Below, in pieces: positions 21,597 through 32,730 of a DNA stretch of 64,000 nucleotides (the stretch's first letter is position 1; every line of letters starts with the position of its first letter). Source of the stretch: Tubiluchus corallicola (lineage: Eukaryota > Animalia > Priapulida). A model generated the notes under the pieces. It made no database searches. It was not told where the DNA came from and saw only the letters and a list, made by a program, of their open reading frames with translations. A program made the position numbers and the translations under genes. The stretch covers positions 10,752 to 74,751 of the forward strand of contig JAQGDQ010002408.1 of assembly GCA_030141605.1 (NCBI GenBank), in the 5' to 3' direction.

Positions 21597-23882
21597 GTGA
21601 AGAGGGAGGATATATCCCCTATGTTATTTATATATGAAACACTAATTGAAGTGAAAAGGAGCTTATTACTTGTAGGATTACTGTTGTTGTCAGCTATTGT
21701 TTTTTCGCAAATAGGAGTGAAGGAATGGCGAAATCATTTTAATTATGATGAGGGGAAGCAAATAGAAGTGGGCAGAAATAAAATATATTATTTGGCAGAA
21801 GGAGGTTTGCTGTACTACAATGTTGTTGATAATACTATTAATACTCTATCAAAAGTAGAGGGTTTAACAGAGCATAAAATAGAGGTGGTAAAATACATTG
21901 CCTCTTCGGATGTTTTGATAGTAGTGTATGAGAATGGTAATATAGATGTTGTTACAGATAAAACAATAGATAATATTCCTGATATTGTATTAAGTAATAT
22001 AAAAGAAGTAAAACCTCAAACGGTTGTATATATAGAAGGAGTGGTATATGTGGCTTTTAATTTTGGAATAGTTTTGTTAGATTTGGAAAGGAGCGAGGTA
22101 AAGGATACCTATTATTTTACCCAAGAAGACAATGCTCTACAACTATTTGATATTGCTTATTGCTCTGTTGATAAAAATATTTATGCAGCTACCAGCGAAG
22201 GTATTTATGTGGGTAGTATAAACAATTCTAATTTGGCTGATTTCAACGAGTGGAAAAAAGATATTGCAATACCAAATCCCAATGATACTTTTAATATAGT
22301 TACCTGTTTTAATAATAAAGTGTACGCTAATGGAGTAGTAGGTGATAAGGATACTGTTTATATTTATCAAAACAACACTTGGACTACTTCAACTACTATA
22401 TATAATAGTGTAAAAGCCATAGAAACGGGTGTGGAAAATCTTATTGTTTGTGCGGATGATATAGTGTTGCTGATAGATGCTAATGATAGGGTTATCTATA
22501 AGAGTACCTACGAGGGAGTACCTGTCGATGCCAAGCAGAATGATACTGAGTTTGTTTGGATTGCTGATAGTGTGCAGGGATTGATAAAGCTATCAGTGCT
22601 TGATAATACGCCCCAATTTGTACAGCCCAATGCACCTGCTCGGCATAGTACTGCAAATTTGAAATATTATGATGATAGGATATATGTAATATCGAATAAT
22701 AACAATATATTTTCGATTTTTGAAAACGAACAATGGACTGATTACCAATATCCAGAAATAAGTAATATAGTAGATATTTTGCCCCAAAACGATGATTTAT
22801 ATATTTCAGCCAAAACCAGTATTTTAGAGTTGCAAAATAACCAGACAAAAACAAGGTGGGATGAAACTAATACCCCCTTAGAGCCATCTATCAATGGAAT
22901 GTTGCAGGTAGGTAGTATGACCTATGATACGGACGGCAATTTGTGGGTAACAAACTCTAATAGTGCAACTCCTATAGGAATAAAAACTCCGAACAAGCAA
23001 TGGTATGCCTATAATTATAATATTTTGAACAATAATGATAGTTTTGGGAGAATGATAAATACTGCCAATGACGATAAATGGATAGTATTAAATGATGGGG
23101 ACGAATTATTTATATTTAATGATAGGGCTACCTTGCAAACAGAATCGGATGATGAATATATTAGGACTAAAGTAAGAGGAGAGGGGGGAGGTGTTTTGAC
23201 TAACAAGGTCTACTCTTTGCAACAGGACAAAAAGGGTATTTTATGGCTTGGTACAGAAAATGGAGTGCTAACCTATTTTCACCCCTATGAGATGTTAGCC
23301 TTAGGAGGCACTTATGCAGAAAAGGTATCTGTGTCAAATGATGATGGAACATTTGGCTATCTTTTGGAAATGGAGATAGTAAGCTCCATAGCTATAGATG
23401 GTGCTGATAGAAAGTGTTTTGGCACGAGAAATTCAGGCGTATACCTTATGTCAGGTGATGGAAAAAAACAGTTAGAACACTTTAATATACAAAATAGCCC
23501 ATTGCCCTCTAATGATATTAAAGATATTGCTATAGATTCTAATACTGGGGAAATATTCATAGCCACAGCATATGGTATAACCTCATACAGAGGAGAAGCC
23601 ATTGAGCCGAAATCTAGTTATAACGATATATTTGCTTTTCCTAACCCCGTAAGGGAAAACTATGAAGGGCTAATAACTATAACTGGCTTGAAGGAAAACA
23701 CCAATGTGAAAATTACAAATATTAATGGCAACCTTGTTTATGAGACTGTTTCGCTTGGTGGACAGGCTACGTGGAATGGGTGCAAGCAAAGTGGACAAAG
23801 GATAACTTCTGGAATATACCTTATCTATGTGGTAGACCACGATGGACAAGAAAAAGCTGTAACTAAAATACTTTTCTTATAA
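21597..23882 (+). CDS. porZ: T9SS component PorZ (beta-propellers + CTD); true start may be slightly downstream
   Basis: IG.KEWRNHF N-terminus, IAIDGADRK.FGT..SGVYL, NSPLPSNDI, AFPNPVRENYEG..ITGL C-terminus. Confidence 0.85.
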   Translation: MKREDISPMLFIYETLIEVKRSLLLVGLLLLSAIVFSQIGVKEWRNHFNYDEGKQIEVGRNKIYYLAEGGLLYYNVVDNTINTLSKVEGLTEHKIEVVKYIASSDVLIVVYENGNIDVVTDKTIDNIPDIVLSNIKEVKPQTVVYIEGVVYVAFNFGIVLLDLERSEVKDTYYFTQEDNALQLFDIAYCSVDKNIYAATSEGIYVGSINNSNLADFNEWKKDIAIPNPNDTFNIVTCFNNKVYANGVVGDKDTVYIYQNNTWTTSTTIYNSVKAIETGVENLIVCADDIVLLIDANDRVIYKSTYEGVPVDAKQNDTEFVWIADSVQGLIKLSVLDNTPQFVQPNAPARHSTANLKYYDDRIYVISNNNNIFSIFENEQWTDYQYPEISNIVDILPQNDDLYISAKTSILELQNNQTKTRWDETNTPLEPSINGMLQVGSMTYDTDGNLWVTNSNSATPIGIKTPNKQWYAYNYNILNNNDSFGRMINTANDDKWIVLNDGDELFIFNDRATLQTESDDEYIRTKVRGEGGGVLTNKVYSLQQDKKGILWLGTENGVLTYFHPYEMLALGGTYAEKVSVSNDDGTFGYLLEMEIVSSIAIDGADRKCFGTRNSGVYLMSGDGKKQLEHFNIQNSPLPSNDIKDIAIDSNTGEIFIATAYGITSYRGEAIEPKSSYNDIFAFPNPVRENYEGLITITGLKENTNVKITNINGNLVYETVSLGGQATWNGCKQSGQRITSGIYLIYVVDHDGQEKAVTKILFL

Positions 23883-23920
23883 TCAAGGAGAGGGGAAGGA
23901 TTATATACACAAATATCCAG

Positions 23921-23948
23921 TATAAGCCAAGACTATGCTTGGCTTATA
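23921..23948. terminator. Hairpin between convergent porZ and uxuA
   Basis: tataagccaag-actatg-cttggcttata, perfect 11-bp stem. Confidence 0.7.
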
Positions 23949-23984
23949 TCAGAGGTAAAATGCTTATTTAAGAAATAACTTATC

Positions 23985-25181
23985 TTATTTCTTAAAAATG
24001 CTTTTGTATATTCCCATTTCCAAACCTCTTATTTCTGCTAAGCCTCGCATTCTGCCTATGGCAGTATAGCCCGGGTTGGTTTTTTTTGAGTTGTTGAGGT
24101 CGTCTAACATCTGATGTCCGTGGTCGGGACGAATATATATTGCTTCGTTCTTCACTCCTTTTTCGGCTCGTTTTTTATTTTCTTTCAATAGTGCTAAAAC
24201 TACTTCATACATATTAGCACCGCCTTCTAAGTGATTGGCTTCATAGAAATTGCCTTCTGCGTCTATTTCTACACTTCTTAAGTGTGCAAAGTATATGCGG
24301 TCGGCAAATTGTTCTGTGATTAATGAAAGGTTGTTATCTATTCTCGAACCAAAAGAACCTGCACACATTGTTAAGCCATTGTTTTTACTTTTGTTTAAGG
24401 CATATAGTCGTTTTATATGTTCAGGGGTGCTTATTATCCTTGGTAAGCCAAATATAGGAATAGGTGGGTCGTCGGCGTGTATTGCCATATTGATATTAGT
24501 TTTTTCTGCTACTGGAATAATCTCGTCTAAGAAATATTTTAAGTTGTTTGCTAGTTCTTTGTCTCCTATGCCTTTGTAAGTATCTAAGGTTTTTTGAAAT
24601 TCCTCTAAGGTATAGGTTTCCTCTGCTCCGGGCAGTCCTGCTATGATTGTTTTTTGTAGTTTTTCTTTGCCTACTTCCGAAAGAGCTTCAAAGTAAGTTT
24701 TGGCTTCTTTAAGTATTTTTTCGGTGTAGTCTTTTGCTGCATTGGGGCGTTTCAAAATGAATACATCAAAAGCTGCAAGAGCTTTCATTTCAAAACTTAG
24801 AGCCTTTGAACCATCTTCAAGTTCATACTCCAAGTCAGTACGTGTCCAATCCAATACGGGCATAAAGTTGTAACAGATGACTCTTATACCCAACTTGCCT
24901 AAATTGTCAATACTTTTCTTATAATTTTCAATGTAAGTTTTATAGTTCCCCGTTTGCTTTTTTATATCCTCGTGAACAGGAACACTTTCTACTACTTCCC
25001 ATTTCAAGCCTGTTTGTTCTATTTGTTCTTTTCGTTTTTGTATCTCTTCTACTGTCCAAACTTCTCCATTGGGTATATGATGCAAAGCAGTAACTATTAC
25101 AGTAGCACCTGTTTGTTTTATATCTTGTAGTGTTATAGGATCGTTGGGTCCATACCAGCGCCACGATTGTTTTAAATTCAT
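23985..25181 (-). CDS. uxuA: Mannonate dehydratase
   Basis: [52 protein letters not shown]. Confidence 0.98.
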   Translation of the reverse strand: MNLKQSWRWYGPNDPITLQDIKQTGATVIVTALHHIPNGEVWTVEEIQKRKEQIEQTGLKWEVVESVPVHEDIKKQTGNYKTYIENYKKSIDNLGKLGIRVICYNFMPVLDWTRTDLEYELEDGSKALSFEMKALAAFDVFILKRPNAAKDYTEKILKEAKTYFEALSEVGKEKLQKTIIAGLPGAEETYTLEEFQKTLDTYKGIGDKELANNLKYFLDEIIPVAEKTNINMAIHADDPPIPIFGLPRIISTPEHIKRLYALNKSKNNGLTMCAGSFGSRIDNNLSLITEQFADRIYFAHLRSVEIDAEGNFYEANHLEGGANMYEVVLALLKENKKRAEKGVKNEAIYIRPDHGHQMLDDLNNSKKTNPGYTAIGRMRGLAEIRGLEMGIYKSIFKK

Positions 25182-25213
25182 TGGTTATATATATTATGTT
25201 TTGAATATGTAAT

Positions 25214-26032
25214 TTACACTCCGCTATATGCGTTGAAACCTCCATCTATGGGGATGATAACACCCGTTACAAATTGTGAGGCTTTACTCATTAGCCAATG
25301 GATGGTGCCGTTGAGCTCCTCTGCCTCTCCAAAACGTTTCATAGGAGTTTTGTTGATAATTTTATTTCCTCGTTCTGTATAACTGCCATCAGGGTTGGTA
25401 AGTAAAGTACGGTTTTGATTGCCTATGAAGAACCCCGGAGCAATGGCATTTACTCTAAGACTTTCGCCAAACTTCAAGGCTAATTCAGTAGCTAACCATT
25501 GGGTGAAATTAGAAATAGCAGCTTTGGAGGCAGAATATCCTACTACACGTGTAATGGCTTGGTAAGCAGTCATTGAGGAAATATTGATAATATTACCTTC
25601 CTTTTGTTTTGCCATTGTTTCGCCAAAGACAATAGAAGGCAATACTGTACCTTCTAAATTAAGTTGAGAAACTTTGTGAAAGTCTTCTATTTTTAGGTCA
25701 AAAATAGTTTGGTCTTCTCCTATCGTGGCACCGGGCATATTGCCTCCCGCAGCATTGATGAGAAGGTCTATCCGTCCCCATTTTTTTAATATTTTCTCCC
25801 TTACTTCCTCCAATTGCTTTTTGTCCAATACACTGGTTTCAAAACCTATAATACTGTGCTTATATTCGTTTAATTCTTTTTGTTGTAATTTAATAGCATC
25901 AGTGTTAAGGTCTAAAAGTGCTACTCTTACATTGTGTTTTAATAAATATTTTGCCATCGTGCCTGCCAGTACTCCTCCACCTCCTGTAAGTATAGCTACT
26001 TTTCCTGCGATGTTGAACAAATCGTTTTTCAT
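25214..26032 (-). CDS. uxuB: D-mannonate oxidoreductase (SDR family)
   Basis: TGGGGVL, NAAGGNMPGAT, YSASKAA, NAIAPGFF..NQNR; adjacent to uxuA. Confidence 0.88.
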   Translation of the reverse strand: MKNDLFNIAGKVAILTGGGGVLAGTMAKYLLKHNVRVALLDLNTDAIKLQQKELNEYKHSIIGFETSVLDKKQLEEVREKILKKWGRIDLLINAAGGNMPGATIGEDQTIFDLKIEDFHKVSQLNLEGTVLPSIVFGETMAKQKEGNIINISSMTAYQAITRVVGYSASKAAISNFTQWLATELALKFGESLRVNAIAPGFFIGNQNRTLLTNPDGSYTERGNKIINKTPMKRFGEAEELNGTIHWLMSKASQFVTGVIIPIDGGFNAYSGV

Positions 26033-26054
26033 TTAATGTCCTATGTTTTAATAA

Positions 26055-28700
26055 TTAATATATTCTTCTTACTTGCACTCCATTTAAAATAGGTTTTCCT
26101 TCTAATGTTTCAAATTTAATGGTTATTCCTTCTTCTTTAGTAGCCTTTGTAATGAATTTTTCTACTATAGCTCTTTCCTCTCCATATTGTTGAGCTATGT
26201 TAAGGTTTTCTAATACCAATTCTTCGTTGATATATATATTGAATACTCTTTTTTCTGCCGTTTCTTTGATACTTTCTTCTCCAAGATTAAATGCTAAGAC
26301 TTCTCTTTCTTGGTCAGAAAGTAATTCAGCAAAATGTAACTTTATGTCATAGCTACCATCTGGCACATCTATTTTATAGGCTTCTATACCTTCCTGCTGG
26401 GTTTGGTAGATAGGGTCGTTGTCCGTGCCAAATATTTGCTTATCGCTGCCATAGCTTTGTCGTTTTGATTTTTGCATTTTGAATGGACTTCCTCCTATGT
26501 AGCCGAAGCTCCCTTTTGCATAGGCTTGGTCGGGGAGCCAAGTTTGATTTGTATACTCATCTGCAAAATATCTTTTAGAGCCTACTGATACATTAAGGTA
26601 GTCAAAAGGTAATTCTTTACTTCTAAAATTTTGAGATAGCAGTTTAAAATCTATTTCTGCAAAATCTTTAATACTCTTTCCTTTTTCATCCTTGCCTACT
26701 ATTTCTATTTGATTAGTCCCATTTTTAAATGCTACTTCCCACTGTGCCTCAAAGTTTTGAATGTCTTTCGAGCCTAAGGACACCCCATTTAGAAAGAGTT
26801 CTACTCTTTCTAAGTTTGAGTATACCTCAATGGATTGTACGCATACATTGTTCTTATTGGCTATCCCACTTCTGTTGTTCCATTGCTTCGAGCCTATTTT
26901 TAAGTAGGGTGTTTCTAATAATAAAGCCTGATAATAGTAATAAGCATCCTTGGGTTGGCGGTCTATGGTTACCAGACCTTTATTATTGATATTAGGCACG
27001 GCATCTATACGACTTTCGGAGCTAAAATCGGCAAAGTTCCAAACAGCTCCGCCCGTTACAAAATCGTTGTTCATTATAGCCTTCATATATTCTTTATGGT
27101 AGTAGGTTTCGTATTCTATGGTAAAGTCAAAACGTTCTGGGAGGAATGAATGTAGGCGCGGATCGGCACCTGCTCCGTATTCAGTTACGATAAGAGGTTT
27201 TTTAGAAAGTTCTTTGTGGTGTTTATCCAAAAAATCTGCAAATCCATTAATATTACTACCATACCACCCTTGATACAAGTTCCAGCCTACTATCATTGGT
27301 ATTTGAGTTAGTTTTGCTCTGTTGTATCTATCAAATGCTCCGTGGTTGGGTATCATTGTGTAACGATAAGGGTCTTCATTGCGTGTTATGTCTTCTAAAC
27401 TTTGTGCTAATTTTGTTACACTTTTGTAATAATCATCTTTCTTTTTATCATTCTCAAACTTAGGAGGTCTTAATAGTATTTCATTCATATATGCCCAAAT
27501 GAATATACTGGGATGGTTGTAGTGTTGTTTTATCATTTCTATTTGCATCTGTTTGCAGTTCTCTGCAAAGGCTTCGGATTGTGTAATGTAGTTGATGATA
27601 GGTATTTCTACGGAGGTAATTAAACCTATTTTATCACAAGTTTCTACTACTACAGGGTCGTGTGGATAATGGGCTACTCGAAGGTGGTTTGCTCCCATTT
27701 CTTTAAGTAGTTTTACATCTTTTATAGCCAATTCTTCTGGTACTGCATTGCCCATATTCTTATAGTCTTGATGTCTGCTTGCTCCTATCAGTTTATAATG
27801 TTTATTGTTGAGAAAAAGGCCTTTCTCTGCATCAAATTCATACCACCTAAAACCAAGCGGATTGCTTACTTCATCTATTTCTTTCCCATTTTTATATATT
27901 TTTGTTTCTACTGTATAAAGATTAGGACTTTCGGGGTACCATAGTTGAGGGTTTTCAACTGTTAATTGCTGGTTGGTTTCATACACTGTGTTGGGCTTTA
28001 TTTTTATTTTTGAGGTGGTTTCTTTTGTTATGGTATTATCAGGCGAAAAGATAGTATTTCTTACCACTATTTCTTGTGCGCTGTTGCTTCTATTGGCTAT
28101 TCTACTGTTGATTTTAATAGTGGCTTTTGAGCGGCTTACTTTAGGGGTAGAAATATATACTCCGGTAGAAGCATAGTCCAATAAATCTAAATGTACTTCA
28201 TCTGTTGCAACAATGTACAGGTTGCGATATATACCTCCAAAAAATGTAAAGTCAGCAGTCAAAGGTGGTATGTCTTCATTGAACGTATTATCTACTTCTA
28301 TTTTTATTTCTTCTCCTTTTTCTGTCCATTGTAGGTAATTGGTAATATCAAAACAAAAACGAGCGTACCCTCCTATGTGTTCGCCTGCTTTTTGGTTGTT
28401 TACCCATACCTTTGTTTCTTGGCTTGCTCCATCAAAGTATAGGTATATTCTTTTGCCTTTCAACGATGGATTAATATATATATTTTTTCTATACGTGCCA
28501 ATGCCTCTATAATAACCGTTTTCCTCGTCCAGAACATCCAAAGCATTCCATGTATGAGGCAGATTGACAATTTCGTTGCCTTTACTTTTTAATTCTCCTT
28601 TGGCAAACTCCCAGCCTGTGTTAATGGTGTATTTCAAGCGTTGTGAGTGTAGTAGAGTTACAATAAAGGCTAATGTTGTCAGCAATAGTGCTTTCTTCAT
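26055..28700 (-). CDS. GH2 glycosidase with C-terminal malectin-like domain
   Basis: NLPHTWN, FFGGIYR, RHQD, RVAHYP, WAYMNE acid/base, VTEYG nucleophile; DNDPIYQTQ..LHFAE..RVFNI malectin. Confidence 0.9.
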   Translation of the reverse strand: MKKALLLTTLAFIVTLLHSQRLKYTINTGWEFAKGELKSKGNEIVNLPHTWNALDVLDEENGYYRGIGTYRKNIYINPSLKGKRIYLYFDGASQETKVWVNNQKAGEHIGGYARFCFDITNYLQWTEKGEEIKIEVDNTFNEDIPPLTADFTFFGGIYRNLYIVATDEVHLDLLDYASTGVYISTPKVSRSKATIKINSRIANRSNSAQEIVVRNTIFSPDNTITKETTSKIKIKPNTVYETNQQLTVENPQLWYPESPNLYTVETKIYKNGKEIDEVSNPLGFRWYEFDAEKGLFLNNKHYKLIGASRHQDYKNMGNAVPEELAIKDVKLLKEMGANHLRVAHYPHDPVVVETCDKIGLITSVEIPIINYITQSEAFAENCKQMQIEMIKQHYNHPSIFIWAYMNEILLRPPKFENDKKKDDYYKSVTKLAQSLEDITRNEDPYRYTMIPNHGAFDRYNRAKLTQIPMIVGWNLYQGWYGSNINGFADFLDKHHKELSKKPLIVTEYGAGADPRLHSFLPERFDFTIEYETYYHKEYMKAIMNNDFVTGGAVWNFADFSSESRIDAVPNINNKGLVTIDRQPKDAYYYYQALLLETPYLKIGSKQWNNRSGIANKNNVCVQSIEVYSNLERVELFLNGVSLGSKDIQNFEAQWEVAFKNGTNQIEIVGKDEKGKSIKDFAEIDFKLLSQNFRSKELPFDYLNVSVGSKRYFADEYTNQTWLPDQAYAKGSFGYIGGSPFKMQKSKRQSYGSDKQIFGTDNDPIYQTQQEGIEAYKIDVPDGSYDIKLHFAELLSDQEREVLAFNLGEESIKETAEKRVFNIYINEELVLENLNIAQQYGEERAIVEKFITKATKEEGITIKFETLEGKPILNGVQVRRIY

Positions 28701-28809
28701 TTTTTAATTATTTATTATTACTTGTTATTATTAATGCTTTTAAGAAGTTGTATTCTGCATAGATTATAGTAATATCTATTTTTGAATTTTTATCTTTTGT
28801 ACTTATTTT

Positions 28810-29985
28810 CTAAATATTGTATAGCCATATTAAAGGGTTTCTTATAGGCAAATTTCTTATGACCTCTTGCACTTGGGGGTTGTGTTCTAAGGCTTTCCAT
28901 ATCTCGTAGTGTTTTTCATTGTTAAAGGCGTTTGCCGCAAAAATAAGATAAGGCTGTGCCACAGGCCAGTTTTCCCAATACATCACATCGGGTTTTAATT
29001 TCCATTTACTTTTGTCTTCTACAAATGGGGTTAAAAACTCTACTCCTTTTTTAATGTTTCTTCCATCAGGTAGTGCGTATTGCCATAGGTTATCATCTTC
29101 TGTCGATAGTATTTGACAAACAGTTGCCATTGCATCTAAGTTGAATAGTGAGTAGCCATAAGGCTTGGTTCTTCTCAACTCTCGTGGGAAGCCTCCATCC
29201 GTGGCCATTTGGTGTAGAAGAATGTTTTTATATTGTTCCTTACAAAATTGAAGGGTTTTTTTGTCATCTGCTAACTTAGCATAAGATGCTACTTGCATTA
29301 CCCAACAAGTTCCGTGATTGTTGTCTCTGTCTCGTTCTTTGATACCATATTCGTGGGTCTTTAGCCAGTTTATGAATTGTTGAAACCATTGCTTTACTTC
29401 CTCTAAATAGTCTGTATCTAATGCATCCATTTTTTGAAGTATGAAAGCACTTTGGGCTACTTCCATTAAGTGTATGGCGTCAATAATACCAAAATTCCTT
29501 CCTGTATATTTTCCTATAACTGCCTGTGAGTAAAGCATATGGGGGTTCATTTTTGTGTCGGCATTGACAAACCACGCATTCAAGTGCTTTTTAATGTGTT
29601 CTATATATGTTTTGTCCTTGTTGATAATATAGGCGGAGGTTAAAGTGCCAACAACACGATTTAGTCTTATCATTGCTAATCTATGGGCAACAAAATTGTC
29701 GGGGTTGGTTAGTCCATCTCTACTTCTGTAGGGACCTGTAGGGTTGTTAGGGTCTGGCCAAAAATAGTCTGCTTCAGAGTAAAAGTCGTTTTTTCCGCCT
29801 GCACTTCTCTCGCAGTATTCTGCGGTAATGGTTATTGGCTCTTGTTGTAATGCCCATTTGCTATTTGCTAATATAGATGGCTTCAATACTTCTTGTGCTT
29901 TATAAAATATTTCGGTCTGTTTTTTTTCTGTTTTACAGAATTGAAGGATAATTAGAAATAGCAATAATATCTTAAATTTCTTCAT
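28810..29985 (-). CDS. Alginate-lyase-domain (PF05426, PL38-like) lipoprotein, paralog A
   Basis: SAGGKNDFYSEADYFWPDP, RDG..NP, NNHGT, ELRRTKPYGYSLFNL. Confidence 0.8.
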   Translation of the reverse strand: MKKFKILLLFLIILQFCKTEKKQTEIFYKAQEVLKPSILANSKWALQQEPITITAEYCERSAGGKNDFYSEADYFWPDPNNPTGPYRSRDGLTNPDNFVAHRLAMIRLNRVVGTLTSAYIINKDKTYIEHIKKHLNAWFVNADTKMNPHMLYSQAVIGKYTGRNFGIIDAIHLMEVAQSAFILQKMDALDTDYLEEVKQWFQQFINWLKTHEYGIKERDRDNNHGTCWVMQVASYAKLADDKKTLQFCKEQYKNILLHQMATDGGFPRELRRTKPYGYSLFNLDAMATVCQILSTEDDNLWQYALPDGRNIKKGVEFLTPFVEDKSKWKLKPDVMYWENWPVAQPYLIFAANAFNNEKHYEIWKALEHNPQVQEVIRNLPIRNPLIWLYNI

Positions 29986-30137
29986 TTTATTTTAACCGAA
30001 TTAAGATTGATAATAATTAGTATATAAATTATTTAGAAGATAATTTTCTTTCCAAAACTTTAAGATCAAAGTCGTTTTTGGACTAAGAATTAAAGTTTTT
30101 TCTACTTTTTATTACCTTTTTTATGATTGTCAAGTAA

Positions 30138-32641
30138 TTATTCGATGTTAATAAATACTGTTTTTAATCCTTCGGACTTTACAGAAACTATACTTTTTCC
30201 TTCTTTGTGTTTTAAGCCTATTTTGGCTCGCCCATTGTATAACTGCACTTTTAATGCTCCTGTTGATGTGCCAAGGTTTCCAAGTAATGTGCCATCTCCA
30301 GTTATGTCGAACTCTACAAAGTTTTTAGCATCAAGGCATTGAATATCTTTATTGTCTTTAGCTATTACTTCTATCCAATATTCGTTTTCTGCTTTGTAAT
30401 ACTTGCTTATTTCTAGTTTGGATGGTTTGTCCCATTTATTTGTTTGATAATTTTGTATTATATTATCGGTAGCCACTGGTTTATTTTTTTTGAATCCAAT
30501 GGTTTTTATTTCATTTTGTCCTTCTTTGAGTTGCACGTTCCACCTTAGTCCTGCTGCAGGATAGTCTTGTGAGTTTCTTTTTTTCTTACCATAGCTTTTG
30601 CCGTTTACTATCAATTCTGCTTCTTCACAGTTTGAATAAACTTTTATTAACTTTTTTCGTTTGCTTCTCCCCACCTTGTTTTAAAAGTATGTCCATAAAT
30701 ATGTGCCATTGGTTTTCCTGTCCAGTAGGATTGAAAAACATAGTATGCTTCTTTTTTGGTAAGGTCTCGTTCAACTACTCCTTTTTGATTTACATATGGC
30801 ACAGGATTTTCAGGGCGAAGGGGTGTGGAAAAGTCTTTGAAAGGCCAATAGGCTGTTCCTGTTAGCCAAGGCATCGTTTCTTGTTCTTTTAAGTGCCAAT
30901 CTATCAGGTTACAAGCATAAGTTTCTGACCAATCTCCATCTTTTGATGCTCTTGGGTCTCCTCCAACCAAGGAAGCGTCTCCGTCTCGTTCATCTGCTTC
31001 TCCAGTTTTTATATTTTCTAAATTTTTGTCAGGGTTTTCAGAGTGTCTCCTTGCGTGATTGCTTGCTCCCCATTCTACGTGTAAGAAATGGTTTACCTTT
31101 TCTATTTCTTTACGAGATACTTCTTTGTAGTCAGTAAATTTTCCTCTGTACCATCCTGCCCATATTGAGGGAGAATATACATCTACGATATCTGCACAGA
31201 AAGTGCAACGACGAATAGCCGTTTTTCTGCTATCATCTAAGCTGTGGGATAGGTCGTTCAGCTCTTTCATAAAGGTTCGTATTTTTTCTTCATCGAAGTT
31301 TTCTTTAGTAAATTCAGGGAAGTCGTTAGGCCAGTCATTTTCATTTCCTAACCCCCAAATAATTACAGAAGGGTGGTTTTTATGCTGTGTTATCATATTG
31401 ACAAGCATTCTTTTGGCTTGCTGTTGGTATTTTTCACCTCCCAGTCCTCCTCTACACCAGGGAATTTCTTCCCATACCAGTATTCCAAGGCTATCGCATA
31501 GGTTGAGTATGATTCTTGATTGCTGATAATGACCTAAACGAATAAAGTTAACTCCCATTTCTTTCATCATTATCATTTCTTCTCGCATCATTTCTTCTGT
31601 CATAGCAGCAGCAACACTTGTGTGGTCTTCGTGCCTATGTGTTCCTCTCAACAATAATCTTTCTCCATTTAATTTAAAAGGTCCTTTTTCTATAAACTCA
31701 AAATGTCTTATCCCAAAATTGTCTTTATATTCTTCTATTCCTTTTGGGTTCTCAATTTTAACAACACACTGGTATAAATTAGGGTTTTCAGGCGACCATA
31801 AGTTTGGTTTTTTTATAACAAATGATGTTGAAAATGTGTTGTTCTTAACTTGAGAAGAAGGTATGTCTATAGTTTGTATTTTTTTATTATTGGGAGAGTG
31901 GATTTCTATTTTAATGTTTTTGGTTGGTACATTTTGCGGATTGTATAATGTTCCTTCTATTTTTACTTGACTTTTTTTACTTTGTGCATCAACACTAGGG
32001 TTAATGGCTAAGTTTTTTATACTTACTTCATTAACATATACCAAGTTTAAATAACGGTGTATTCCTCCATATAGGTTAAAGTCGGATAAGTCAGAGGGTA
32101 TCATTTCTAAGTCGCGGGAGTTATCACAACGAATAATAATGGGTATTTTCCCTTCATAGTCTTTATCAAATCTTTCGTGTTTTTTAAATTCTTCTACAGC
32201 TTCTGTAATATCTATTGTCCATTCGTCATAGCCTCCAATATGTTCTCCTACTTTTGTAGTATAGATATATATTTCTGTTTTTTGCCCAGCTCCTTCAAAG
32301 TGCAATAGTGTTCTTCCGTTTTTATATGGGTTGTCAATCTGTATAGTTGTCTTATACCAGCCCGGCCCTTGGTAATAGTTCGTATAAGGGTCTACAGCAT
32401 CAAAATCGTTGAAACAATGAGGTAGTTTCACATCCTTCCAAAGTGGGACTGATTCGGGGGAAGATGATTTTGAGGTATTGGATGTTTTTGGCACTTTGGG
32501 TAAACGAACTGCTTCCCAAATACCTCCTAAGTCACTTTTTAAAAATTCCCAGTCATTCTCTAATCGGGTACTATTGGTCTGTGATTTCCCATTAGATATA
32601 TATAAAATCATTACAATGAAGAAGAATAACTTAATTCTCAT
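30138..32641 (-). pseudogene. GH2 glycosidase split by a 1-nt indel in an A6 tract at 30652-30657
   Basis: 32641-30647 holds the GH2 core (RLGHYQQ, WGLGNE, HVEWG); 30674-30138 holds the expected C-terminal Ig domains (IKVYSNCEEAELIVNGKSYG); adding one A restores one ORF. Confidence 0.8.
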
Positions 32642-32730
32642 CTGTTTATATGTTTGGCATTTAAATTATAAAAAGCTGCTGATAGCTCTACTAAGTAAGC
32701 AGGATAGTTTTTTTATCTTTATTTATTAGT

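Noticed and set aside
4180-23937. Two terminator hairpins share the loop sequence actatg
   Set aside because: The stems are unrelated and two instances are too few to define a repeat family
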